From NCBI RefSeq assembly GCF_009834535.1, contig NC_045697.1, forward strand, positions 85,500,001 through 85,564,000: a DNA stretch of 64,000 bases, read 5' to 3'. Position 1 is the stretch's first letter. Every line of letters starts with the position of its first letter. Source of the stretch: Camelus ferus (taxonomy: Eukaryota). Shown here piece after piece: positions 38,170-51,400 of this stretch. A program made the translations under genes and the position numbers. The notes beneath the pieces are model-generated. The model was given only the letters and a program-made list of their open reading frames with translations. It was not told the DNA's origin and ran no database searches.

Positions 38170-39185
38170 TTTGGCGGGAAATTTCTATTTATAAAAGTAT
38201 TCTACATAATAAAGAAGAAATGGTAGAATGCTCCATTTTTATTTTATAATAATAATGAATGAATGGATCTAGGCAATTATCAGAGGCTGATAGTAACCCC
38301 CAGCTGTAAGTACTTCCTGGTAGAAGATATAAGATAGCTTATAAAGTAGTCTTACCAAATAAATAAATAAAACTTGATTCTGACCAGGCTTTTAGACCCA
38401 AGGAGTAATTTATAGTAAATACAGTAGACAGAGGAGTATATTAAAGGGTCACGATGATGGTTGTTGGCAAACTACAAATTATCCAGTTTCTTCAAAAGAA
38501 CAAAGGCAGCAAAACAAAACAACAACAAAGCTGCAAAGAAAAAAAGAAGAGAAAGAAGGAACTGTTGACCAAAAGATAATTAAGAGCTGGATCAATCAAC
38601 TTAAATGCTTGATCCTAGTTCAATAAACTGTAAATAGAAAAAGGTCAATTGGAAAAATGTTAAGACTGGATATTTTGTGATGTGAAGAAGTAGTTATTAT
38701 TCTGTATAGCACAGGAAACGATGTTCAATATCTTAAAACAACCTTTAATGAAAAAGAAGATGAAAACAAATATATGTATGTATATTCATGACTGAGACAT
38801 TGTGCTGTACACCAGAAATTGACACATTGTAACTGACTGTACTTCAACAAAAAATAAATTAACAAATTTTTTAAAAGTTTAAAAAAATTTAAAAAGAAGC
38901 AGTTATTATTATTGTTAAATACGTTAGGTGTAATAATGATATTGTTGGTATTAGTTTTTAATTCTTATCTTTTGGAAATACTGAAATATTCACAGATGAA
39001 ATGAAATGACATTTTGGAATTTCTTCAAAATCCAAAGTTGCAGAGTAGGTGTGGATATAGATGAAATAAGATTGCTCATGTGTTGAATATTATAAAAACT
39101 GCTATCATGATTAAGGGGTTCACCATAATATTCTCTCTGCTTTTGTATATGTTTGAAAATATTCACAATACATTTTTTAAAAGGA
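38170..39185 (+). mobile_element. Old L1 (L1MC/ME-like) 3' end hosting a younger L1
   Basis: 'ggtgtaataatgatattg...atactgaaatattcacagatgaaatg...ttttgtatatgtttgaaaat'. Confidence 0.65.
38702..38893 (+). mobile_element. 5'-truncated young L1 3' end with 17-bp TSD
   Basis: TSD aagaag(t/c)agttattatt at 38685-38701 and 38894-38910; 'ttgtgctgtacaccagaaattgacac' plus A-rich tail. Confidence 0.85.
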
Positions 39186-39312
39186 ATATACCATAAAATT
39201 TGAGGGAAAAATAAAAGAGGGGAAAGTCCCATTCTGAATGGGAAAATCCTCAGAATGAGTCTGAGAACTGGTTTCTGGGGACCCAGAGATCAAAAGGCCG
39301 CCATCAAGAACC

Positions 39313-39760
39313 GTGACGAGTCTGAGACTTTACCCTACTTGGAAACTAACAATTTAGCCGGTCAGTGTTTCACGGATACTGACAGAAGAGATGAGGCTCC
39401 TACACCAGAGACAAAGGACTTCTAGCTCACTGAAAGAGCAGGAGCCAGAGTATCAGCCCTTTTGATAAACTGGGCTAGTTTCTCAAGCCTGCTTCTCACA
39501 GTGAGGGGCCAGGTGGCACTGGCGACCAAGTGCATTGCCTTACAGAGGAGGAGCCCTGATCTCAGGAAAGTGAATATTTTATCCTGGACAGTAAATATGC
39601 CTACCTGCTACAAAGGGAGACACTATATGCCAAGACTGTAAGTAGTTGTGCCCTCTAGTCCAGAGAAGCTATTCCTTTTGTCTTCTAAGAATTTTGTTTC
39701 AGTAAATATCTTTGAAAAAGTAACCCAGAACAAAGGCAGTTAGTGCCTCTGCTTGTCAGA
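39313..39760 (-). mobile_element. ERVL-class solo LTR (MER74/MER54/MER88-like)
   Basis: 'tgacgagtctgagactttaccctacttggaaactaacaatttagcc...cagagacaaaggact'. Confidence 0.6.
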
Positions 39761-39959
39761 CGCGCATGAGTGTGAGAGGCCGTGGAGAACTGTCTCCCTT
39801 AGGAAGGCGCCACCGTGAAGGAGAGGGTGAGACCTGGAAGGAGGAAGCATCCTGTTGAGTCTGGTAGTGAAGAGATACAAGAGAGCAAGTTGGGGAATTG
39901 AACCCTATAAAAACAAAGTCAGAAGATACATCAACCTCGAACAGACCAATTACCAAAGA

Positions 39960-41610
39960 AAAAGCATTTATCTTTACTAGCAGGCGAGGGGCCTCTTAAA
40001 AGAAGAAACCTAGCAAGACATTATCACCAAATCAACATAAAAACATCTATTATTCCCAGTCCAAGAAAATGATTATAAAATGACAAGTGACAACCATGAA
40101 AAACACAAGAAAAAAATAGAAAATGAGACTCAAAAGATTTTAGCTGATGAAAATAGTCTCTAAAAACCTAAACATGAAGCACAGGGAAATTATGATAAAA
40201 CACCTACGCCAACAAGAATTAAACATCTCTAAATAAGCATTTTTAGATATAAAGGAGGACCTTAAATCACAAATTCAAAAAACCCAGTACAGAAGTGAAC
40301 AAAAGCACAGTTTAAAATGAGATATGATCAAATTCAGGAAGGCAAATTGGAAAAACAGTAAAAGTCATCTCCTAGGTGAAGGCCAAATTGTAAAGTGTCC
40401 AAGCAAGAATAGATTTGACTACAAGTCTCATAAGTGATTTTGAACAGAGGAACAAAAATGAAATGAAGAAATAAATAGGATCAGAAAGAAAGTGCTCAAT
40501 ATAGAACAGCAAAAAAGATCCAATACGTTTCATTTTTCTGAATAAGAAAAATAAAACAATGGAATAGAGCTACCATAAAAACTAATCAAAGTTAAAAAAA
40601 AACAACAACGAAATCTTAATCTTATTGTTGAAAGTGCCTCCCAGTCCCCACCTCATACCTTCAAAATTACAAGACAGAGTCTAGTAAAATTATTCAATTT
40701 TTTAAGAATTGGTCCTCTGGGAAAAAAAATACCAAGAAATTTACAAAATTTCTTGACTGAAATATCGAAAGCAAGACAAAAATGACATGGTGTTTAAAAA
40801 AAAAATTTAGGAAAGTATGAGTAAAGAATCTTGTATTCAGCTATGCTGTTTTACATGTGTCAAAACTAAAGGAGCTTTGGCAAAAGGACTGCTGATGAGT
40901 ATTAAAATAGTAGGTCTAAGAATATACCCAAGGCTAAAACAAAGACGAGAACAAGTATGAAAAGGCATTATGTAAATTATGTGTTCTGACAACATAAAAA
41001 TAATTTAAAAATTTGTGAGAGGGGGAAAAGTAGAATAATTTCTGTGAAAAAGTAGAAGTATTTCTAATGAATAAATTCATTGATTGCTGCATAGATTATA
41101 GATAGGAGTCAAAGAATACCATTTAAATCTAATAAATCAGATAACAGAAGCTTAATCAAGGGGAAAAAAGGATTAAGGGAATTTTAAGAGTTCTTAGCGC
41201 AGAGTTAGGCAACTACTAGAATAAAAATACAAGCTTTCTTAAATGCGAAAATAAGCACTCAAATATGCAAAGAAGACAGACCAAGTGGAGAAGGAAACAT
41301 TGTAAATCTAAAATTAATAGTAACATCAAATAAGAAGACAGAATTAAGAACAAACATGCTGATCCTATCAACACATGTAAAGCAGCTTATCTCGGCTATT
41401 TAATGAACAAGATTTTGAATGTGGCTTACAAAGCAAAATCCGTATCTCTGCTCAGTAGAAAAGACACTCAATAACTAAGTGACTCCAAGAGGCTAACAGT
41501 AAGGTATTGGGCCAAGGCAGAGCCGACAAACGAAAACAACAGTCAAAATGCCGGGGTTGAGATCAGCAAGGTACAATTTGAGTGCAAAGCATTAAATGAG
41601 ACAAGTTAAT
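39960..41610 (+). mobile_element. Decayed old L1: ORF1 remnant and start of ORF2 endonuclease
   Basis: A-rich sense strand; about 41360-41600 resembles decayed N-terminal L1 endonuclease coding sequence ('tatcaacacatgtaaagcagcttatctcggctatt...caaagcaaaatccgtatctctgctcagtagaaaagacactc'); no intact ORF. Confidence 0.6.
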
Positions 41611-42899
41611 GCACGTTGCAGTTAACTGGATGTAAATACACTTGATGAACTACCAAGTCTCTGACCAACAAACTGAAAATGACAGAAAACATAAAGCCTC
41701 AGATAGTATCTAAATCCTGTCTCACTTCTAAAATAATTCTCCAAATTGATCTTGACTTTACCATGTTTCAGTAATAGGCAGACATCAATGGTAAATAGCA
41801 CGTTATGAATTTAACTCTTTTTCTTAGAGCCCTGTTAAAATCCCAAGGAATGGGATTCTTTAAACCATCCTTACTCTACAAGGGCAAGGAGAATTGGGAG
41901 AGAAGAAACAGTAGATGAACATTTTTCACTCAATTTTGGGGAAAAGAAAATCGGAAGTCATAACTGAATTACTGGAGCAGAGGAAGGTAAAGGCCACATC
42001 TTTAGCAAGAGAAGCCACCAAAAACAGAGGACAATTTGTTCCAGAGAATATCTGAGAGGCTGAGCACTTGAAAGGACTGAAGACAATGCTGAAACTAGGG
42101 AACCAATTCTCTCTCTGATTCTGGAGCATTTGAATCCCTGAGGTTTCTCCTCATGTGAACCCTGGCAGCCAGGCAAATATACCCCATGTGTGGCCAGAGA
42201 CTGATTCTTTTGGAAAGATGAAACCAAAAGCCTCTGGAAAATAAATAAACAAAACAAAACAAAAGCCTCTGGATTCAGGGACAGGAGGCACAAAAGAAGT
42301 CTGGGGTGGAGGTGAAGTGCGGCATGAAAATCTACATAGTAAACTGTAGTAGTTTGAGATCCCGTCCCTCACTTCTGCTCTAAATACCTACAGCCAGTCA
42401 TATGTCTGAAGACTAAAAATTGGAAAAAACCTCCCTAGAGCAGCTGAACAGCCAGAAAAGAACCAACGATCAGAAGAGCTGTGGTGGTAAAATAAGTTCT
42501 AGGAAAAAAAGCTGCACCATTGGCCAAAGAGTAACAAGCCCGGTTGGAGAGATGGACAATAAGGTCAAGAAACGAGGATGTTAGAAAAGAAGTGACTGAT
42601 GGGATTGACTATAGAGGAAATCAAGGAGTAGGCTGTCTCATCTGGGGAGAAGGACGTCTAGAAAGTCAACCAACTGAAGTGGCAGAGCAACTTTTAACTC
42701 CAGTAAGGGATGGCATTCTTAGGAAAGAAATTTTGACCAGAGTGAAGTACTTGGTTGAATAGTAAATAATATTCGGAGCAACAATAACAATGTAGAAAAA
42801 TTACTTGACTTCTGGAGGGAGGTAATCTGGCATTATTTCGCTTGAGAACATTGTTAAGTGCATATTTGTTAAGTGCATATCGAAAGTCTTTTCTCAACC

Positions 42900-43300
42900 T
42901 TCACTCAACAATTCCACTTTTAGGAATTTACCCTAGGAAAACAAAAACGAATGCGCACAAAGGTTTAAATACAAATATGTTTATTGCAGCATTGTTCCTA
43001 ATAGTAAGAGACTGAATAAAACATAAATGTCTCAAACAGGGAATCAGTTAAATAAATATCGATACAGCTATATAACTGGATACTATAGAGATAAATATTT
43101 TCTTGGGAAAATATTCATAATAGACCTGCCTAAATTTTTTTTTTTGAAAACAACCTTTTCTCTGTAGTCCCATTTTTCAAGGAAAAACAAAACGTTGTAG
43201 AGAGAGAGGTGAAAAATTCTATCAGTAGTTATTTTGCATGGGAGGATTAAACCTGAGTTTCCATTTCTTCCTTTTCATCTTGATTTGCAAACACTAAAGC
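42900..43300 (+). mobile_element. L1ME-type 3' fragment
   Basis: 'caattccacttttaggaatttaccctagg...atgtttattgcagcattgttcctaatag...aaatgtctcaaacagggaatcagttaaataaa'. Confidence 0.7.
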
Positions 43301-44933
43301 CTTTTGCATAAATATAACAACTCTTAGAGATGCCACACACAAAGAACTGACTTATATACATCATGTTTTAATGTTATAATTAGAAAATAAAAACGATTTT
43401 CAAAAAGAAAGAGAAAGAGAAAGTTAAGGAAAATAAGAAGATGACATGGCGGCAGGTTAATTTGTAATGTTCAGAAAAGTGTTCTGCTTAGCAGAGGAGT
43501 AGAGGCTAAATTAGTCTCCACTTACCCACTCATTCAACAAAAATTTCAGAACATTAACCACGTGCTATGCCCCGTGGTCAGCTCTTTTCCTGTAAAGAGC
43601 AACTGACCATTCAAAAGGTAAGACAGAAGCTGTTGGAAATAACCAATAATCACGTACTGAAGTTTACTTTTCTCTGTAGCTTGTAACCTATGCTAAATTT
43701 AGATGTAAAGGTGAAAAGACTTTCCAAGTTGTGTAAAATATTAGATAAACGTAAGTCTGACTATGCATAATAACACCTCAACAGTGTCACATTCAAATAT
43801 TGATAATAACAGCAGCATAGGGTATGAAACTCATCTAAGTTTTGTTGCTAATGTTTACACTCCTTTTCCTGTTTACGTTCTAAAATAAAGTGATACAGTA
43901 CAAAGTAAAATAAAAATTTTAAAAAGACAAATCATCCAAATGATCTGAGTCTTAAAACAAATGATACTTCACTTTTTCACATGCTTTATTTTCTGTAATA
44001 ATTGAAAACACTGATCTGGTAATATACAGAGAATAATGGAACTTACATGGTTAGAACAATGGAATTAATTTTATCTGGAAAGCAGATGTCTCTAGCTTAG
44101 GATTTCCTAAATGAGAAATGGAAAAATGACTCTCTAGTGCAGTTGCCTTGGAAAGTGAGGTGATGTGTGATTTAAGTAATTACAATCCTTCCTAACAGAG
44201 AGGTATATCAGGATATAGAGTGGGCACTATGTCAATATAAAAATTAGCAAATAATAAAAATGATTAAATGCAGGGAATGAAAATTTATTTCAAATAAATT
44301 CTGAACATAACCTGCCTCCTTTAAAGTAAACCTATGTTTGAACAGAGACGTACGTAGTATTCGAAGCAGAAGCCTCCCAGAGATGAAAAAACTCAATTCA
44401 CTGAGGATATTAAATTTAAATGTTCAATTTATATGAAGGAATAAAAGAGAAAGAGCCAAACCAAAACCAAATCGAATTTTCCAAACTCAAATCCCTTCAT
44501 TTTTCCACATTATTTCCTCACTTTGTGTTTTAACATAACTTCCTGTTAGCATAGCATAGAGCGGTGAATTCATAATTTTCAAATTGCCTTGAAAACTGGA
44601 ATTTTGCTAATGCAATAACTTCCATCATATTAATTGGCTTTGAACTACATCAGATTCAAGCCATGGGAACTAAATGTACTTCCTTAGGAGGGTCTGTGTA
44701 TTTAATTACCACGTTGGAGGACATGCCATTATCTTAAACTCTGAAGCCTCCTGTGAGAAAAGGACAACTCTTAAGAGTTGTCACACATGGAAAGAGCAGA
44801 CATATAACTCATTCAGCTGGCTGCCTGTTGTCTGTGGCCCTCCTGAGGCCTAATGTAGACCTCCAAGGGAGTTCTGCGCCTCCACACTTAAAGACATTTC
44901 CACTGAGGTAACAGCTAGCAACTCGGTCTCCAG

Positions 44934-44976
44934 ATACACGAATTTCATGCAGAGAGGGAGTACCAGCCCTTCCCAG
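44934..44976 (+). other. Candidate small exon (43 nt)
   Basis: Modest acceptor 'actcggtctccag', consensus donor 'CAG|gtaagt'. Confidence 0.25.
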
Positions 44977-47900
44977 GTAAGTGATAAGTAGCTCCTTTGG
45001 AGAATTCTAATTTGGTGTTCTTTCCAATGATATCTCCCCAAACATTTCCTAGCACACAGTAGGAAATTTACAAATGATTGCTGCATTGAATCAAAGAGTT
45101 TATGTAGGCATAAAGTATTAAAGACAGAACAAAAGATATACTGTAGATATTTTCTCGGGCATTTTGGAAAAGCTGGGCTTCAGAAAATGGAAAGTCTGTG
45201 TTCACCCCATGGGTGTTGTTTGTATGGAAGAAACTTTTCCAAAATGTACTCTACAGAGTCTGACTGAAAACCCAAGTTTTCTAAAAGCCCCCTATCTTAA
45301 ACCTCTGTAAGTGTATCCATCCAATAAAGGCTGATTTTATGTAAGATATTACACAGAAACACATGCTTGAGATGCTACTTTCTTATTTTGGAAAGAGAAG
45401 AGGCTTAATTAGACTGTTGTCCTGAAACCCAACGTAACTTTGATGTTTACTAGTTTGAAGAACTAGAATTTCTGAAAAACTGACAAATTTCGTTTCATGA
45501 ATTTTAATATTGAAACTATTTAAATTAAAGCATGACTAAGAATTAGTAAAATTCATGAGAAAAAATTTATGATGATCTGTGATGTTTTGTGAGTCATTAA
45601 AAATACTCACTCAGCACTTCAAAATTAATTTCTTTTATCTGACAGAACAGTGTGAATGGACTGAAAATAATGTCTGTCTGAGAAAGCAGATGATACTATT
45701 AACTTCTCTACAATGTGGACAGTAACTATATAAATGGCTCTTTATTCTGCCCTTTCAGAATAGTTTAACTTTGGGTCAGGTAAGAAAGAGGTTAGAAACA
45801 AAAAGGTCAAAAGAATTGTAAAAATGCTGATGATATCATAAAAAAGATCATTTTAGCTTTTGCTTAGCACATAGTCTTGCTCAAACCAAAACATCTACCC
45901 ATCACCCCATAAGCGTCCCTACATTACTCTTCCCTTCATAAGCAAAAAATGAAGCTTTAAGGGACATTTAATGGCCAGCAGCTGTTTGGCTGCCAAATAC
46001 TGCATCTGGAGGGGAGTGCACTATCCACATGGAAAAAAAAAAAAACAACTATTGTTTAATTTTCTTAAAGTACACCAATGTTTTGCATAAAGACATTTGA
46101 ATGCTTTGAATATAGGGAAAGACACAGGAGCTCCTTAAGTGCATCTAAAACCAGTATATTGTTCCCAGGAGGCAACAAATATCAGAGATATTCCACCATG
46201 TTTAAGACATAGGTTTAGTCAGTGCTAATGTGAATGAGTTTAAAGCCAGGTAAAGGGGGCACATCATCAGAATTTAACATTCATCCTATTCTACTGAGAT
46301 TACCTCTCCTTGAAACTATAATGAATCAAAATAGTTTTCCTGGCTAGGTTACAGTGATAATTTTCTGAACACAAAATTTATTTTAAAAAGTACTTACATT
46401 TCTTAAAATAAATTTTAGGACAGGGAAAAATCTGCTTTAGAAAAATTCAAACGAGGAGCTGGTCTTATAAGAGTCTGGTAAAGCAAGGATGAACTTTGGG
46501 ATCATAATATGTTGAGTGGGGCTGCTTTTTAAACAATATGCTTTGAGCTTTTGTTAAAGGGAAATATAAAAACTGTAAAATATTGTATTTACTTTGATTT
46601 CTCCCTGGGATCAAAGTTGTTTCCCCTGCCCCTTCACTTTTTGCTTTGGAAGAAAGTGTGGTACAACAACCATGATATCAATAGGTAATACTTCAAGAGG
46701 CTGCAAATGTTACCCCTGCAGAATCTAAAGTGGTTCAAGTAGAAAGAAGTCGGTTCAGGAGAGAGAGACGGAAAGACGAGTAGCCTCACTCCTCCATTCC
46801 TGCCCTGATTGACGCCTCTTGCCTCCCTTTCTTCTTTCTCTCATCTCCCCCTAGATAAAAGCATGAGCGCGACATCTGCCTCATCCACTCATCCTTCCTC
46901 TGGACCCCAGGTCATGTTCACCATAAAGGCTAACATGAAAACCATCTCCGAGCATTTTAAATCGCTGCCAAAGGACCTACCTCTCTCATTCTCTCAGAAA
47001 CACACACGTTTTACTACTGTAGGAAAAAAAAGTACATTAACTACTAAATTCCGAGTCATTTTCATCATGGGTAAATGGAGAGAATCTAAACATTAATATA
47101 CACTTCTGAGGAAGGGAGGCAATAGAATGGGACTTGGGAGCTTACAGAGTCCTTGTAAGTCTCCATATGGAAGAAAATGGGGGGGGGGGCGTTGCGCGCG
47201 CACATGGTGGAGGCAGGGAGGGTAATTGCTGCTTCTTCGCATCACGGTTAACTGAAGGAAAAGTTAGGATATACGTATCTCCAAAACACAGAAATAATAG
47301 GTTTGTCTGCCTGCATTTCTTCCTTCCTTCCTTCTTTCTTCACTTCCTCTCTTTCCTTTCCTCTCTTTCATTCTTTTTTTCCGCAAACTGATAAAATATC
47401 CCAAATACGGACCTTTGCTACCAAAGGAGAATGAGGTATCCTCTTTCCTAGAAATTGTTCAACATAATATGTTGTCTTCAATGTTTCTGTAATATCTATA
47501 ATATCTTAGAGATTGTCAATATAATCAGTTAATCCTCAACCTACTCCTGTGATGTGAATTTATATTTCACTTACACATTTTATAACAATTTATATGAAAT
47601 TGATCAGTGCTATTGTAGAACTACTGTCAAAGTGGGTTATACTGTTGTATGCCAAGTTCTTTCCCTTGAGGTAGATAAAATCTTATCAAGGAGATGAGAC
47701 TTATACATACAGCACAGTTACAGAATAATAAAGAGTAGTGCACAATAAAATGCTAAATTTATATGATTAAAGGCTTTTAGCCTTTTTAACACTTGTTGTA
47801 AATGCTGGATGTAACTGAGAGGAATGGGAGAAATCAGCATTTCTATATTTATTCAAGCTTCTAGTCTTCCCCCTTCCCCATTTCAAACCCTGTTGTCAGA

Positions 47901-48354
47901 TTAGCCTATCATCAATCCCTTGTTCAGAATTCTTAATGGCTCTCCTTGTACAGAGTTGTGATTCTCACAGAAGAAGGACATACAGGCCTCTTATAATGGA
48001 AAGTTTTTCACAGACCAAGAACCCTGAGAGTATGTCTCCACATCCATGGGTTATGGGAACCCTAGTTTGAACAACACCGACTTAAGAAACTGAGGGTTAT
48101 TATTTGTTTAAATGATCTTTCACTTGAAAGTTTTGTCTTTATGGACAGAGAAACGTTGGCTTATAGAATAAGTTCTCTGCTATCTAGTCTCTCACTCAGA
48201 ATGTTTTATATTACACGTCAGATGCAGAAACCAAACGGAACTGCTCATTGGTCCCAACACAAGTCCTCAGGTTACCTACACAACATTTTCGTACACATTC
48301 TGACTTCAGCTTCTTTCTCTTTTTCCATCTTCCCCCGTATTTTCTTTTTGCCAG

Positions 48355-48400
48355 AATTAGGTCAAACAAATTTTCTTCATGCATCTCTTTATTCTCACAG
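48355..48400 (+). other. Candidate small exon (46 nt)
   Basis: Branch-like 'ttctgac' (about 48298), about 45-nt polypyrimidine tract ending 'ttgccag', donor 'CAG|gtaaga'. Confidence 0.35.
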
Positions 48401-51400
48401 GTAAGAATCTCACTGTCCTCTGATTTCTCAGAGCAATTTATCTGTGCCTTTTATAAAGCAAAACATTCAACATACATTATACTTAGGTCTGTGTGTGGCT
48501 TTTCACTTCTAAACTGCAAGCAGCTAGAGGAAAAGGACCGGACCTGATTCATCTTCTGCAAGCAGCTGGCACAATGTCTCACACAAAAAAAGGTGCCAAA
48601 TAAGCAGTCAGAGAAATAACGGTGGGGGTCAATGAATACGCTGAAGCTTGAGAAAAGCCATAAAAGGAGGTTGATAGAATGTAGAAAATGACTGAAGAAG
48701 GGATTTTTTTTTGGTAAAAGATTTAGCAAATTTCTTACCCTGTACCTGAACTAAGGATTTAATAACTCAGGAGAGAAGATAAAACTACTCTTTACTAATG
48801 AAATAGAGTTGTTTCCTAAGAGAAAATGTGTGCTATTCAAGAGAAATTACCTTAAGATCCAAACTTGTCAAGGGAAATATATCAAATATTTAAAAAAAAT
48901 CAAATAACTACCATAACCTACCACGATCCTTGCCCTTTGAATAGCAACAAAAGAAAATGTGTTCAAATAGTTCACACTGTTATCCACCATTTTTTCCTTA
49001 TTTTTATGGTTGTATCCAGATAGGTTCTCATCTCCCTTGAATAGACTCATCACTTTTGTCTGAAAGAAGTGCTCTAACTCGAATATTAGTATTAGAGTCA
49101 TACATCCTCTAAATGAAATGTCATCATTACCTTTCGGAATCTTCTACCTGATTGGTGAACATTACCATTTTCTCTTCATGTTTCTCGTTTTTATTTGAAA
49201 GTCGTCCACACGGAATCTAAAAGAAAAAAAATATAAAGGACATGAGGTTTGGCTGTATGTCAAGTGAAGATAACTATGTCAGTCACTGGAGGAGAAACCA
49301 CTTGTTAAATGCATTTTTCCTCAAAGCCATGTTTCTCTCTCATGTCTTGTTTTCAACACTGCCAGGTATAAGAAGACAGACTGTGAACTTGCCTTCTGCT
49401 TAGTTTTAATCAGATGTAAAATACTGGGTGTAAACATAAGGACCCAGCCTCTCAGTTCAAGAAGAGTCTCATGACAGGGAGAAATTTTCCAGGAGCAAGT
49501 AAAGAAAGCTGGACATTCCAACGCACAAGTCATAAACTTCCATGTTGTCAGACTGACATGTTTGTGGTTTAATTAGCCACAGTCCAGAAACGAGTTTCCC
49601 AGGAGTGCCTAACGACCAGCGACACCAAGAGCTTTCTTCTCAGAACAACATTCACTCCAGCTTTTTTCTCCAGTAGAATTTAGTGATTGTTTCTGATTTT
49701 CAGGATAACAAGGGAACTGGTAATGTGATCATTAAAAGAGAAGGAGGAAATTTTTTAAAATGTGTGTAAGACACAGATTTTTTTTTCCATTTCCCACTCT
49801 TTTTCTATTAATATTAATTGCAATGTAAGCACCAAACTGTGGCTAAACATTACACAGACATCACAGTCCCTCCTGGGGATTATAGTAGATTCTTCAGATT
49901 GAAGCATTTGAAGACTTGTGTATGTTTTAAAAGCCAATTTCTGCAGGCACTTAACACATTTTAAATGCATCTGGAAACCACTAATTGCTGTGATCCCATT
50001 AGAAAAGTCAGGCAGTTCAGGTCTGTGGGAAACATGAACTCAGCTTGTCTGTGTTTTATGAGTTTCTATTTAATTGTAACAACAACCCCAAAAAAGTCTG
50101 TTTGTTAAAATGCTCCAAGAAGGATTTGTTTCAACTATTGGCAAGCTGTCTGTACAGTGTGGGAGGGTGGCTTTTTAATTTTGTTTTGTTTTCAGTTTGT
50201 GACAGCTGTTTAAAAGTCATTCATTGCCACCATGGTAGCCAGTTACTAGATGAAAGCAAATGCCTTTCAAGACTGCGGTAGGAATTAGACCACCAACTAG
50301 TACAGTTAACTTTTAACTATACAAAATCACAGGATTGCCCGATTTCTTCATGTGACACTCTGGAAATATTATACAGTTCTGCAAACGCATTGAAAGGCAC
50401 GCAAGTGAGGTGCTACCTGACAAAGAGTGGCTTGCAATAAGTTCCCACACTGTAATTCCTGGAAGATGAGGTTTTTAAATTTTAATTAATAAAATAAAAC
50501 TACAGGAAGGTTTAAAACATGTCTTTAATGGTTTCATTATTCCTAAAATAGTTTTTTAAAAAATGCTAGTTTCCCCGTGGAACTGAGATGACACACGGGG
50601 TCTTGGAATATCAGAAAAATCACAGAAATTGAAACTTTGGATAATATTCTGAGAATTATGACACCATCATTTTACAAGAGAGGAAACAGAAGCCCAAAGA
50701 GGGCAAGTGGTTTGGCTAATTAATGGCTGATCTAGCATTAGATATCAAGCCACTAGACTCCTAGTCTATGATTTTTTTATTGTTGTTTTATAACTAAACA
50801 CTTTACAGATGAAATTTCAAGTCTGGAATAAGGTGAGATCTAATTTTAGTACTAGAATATTTAAAAAGTAATATATGAAATGTTTACATTATAGACAAAA
50901 CCTCATAAAATAAATTTCTTAAGCCATGATGCTGTATTATTTGAACTCTGGTGGCAAATAACCCCCAAAACAGCATGTGGAGAGGGAAATGTCCAGACTT
51001 AAAATTTTATAGTTTAAAATTCACAGATAATATTTCCGAGGCACTAGAAAGAGATCAGATAGTTATTATCTCAAAGGTATAGTTTACCAAACTTGTATTT
51101 CCTTTCTGAAAAGCCTTTTCATTGGCTGGAATTTTAAACTTGCTATTCTTCTATCCAGGAAGACAAAATGTCAACTAGTGGTCATCAGAAAAGTCGACAT
51201 CCCAGGAATAATTATAATTCCCAATACTTTATCCATTTTCACTGATAGGGATTTTTTCTAATGGAACAGAAACAAGTCAGAATCAGAAACAGACAACAAC
51301 TAAAGGGCTTCTCTTTCACGTGGAAGCAAATAAAATCAAGCCAACCCTAGGGATACAGGGCCTTTCTCAATATCAGTGCCTCACTTTTTTTTTTTTTCAG

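Noticed and set aside
42851..42880. Short tandem duplication (ttgttaagtgcatat)x2
   Set aside because: Ordinary slippage duplication with only two units and no spacers
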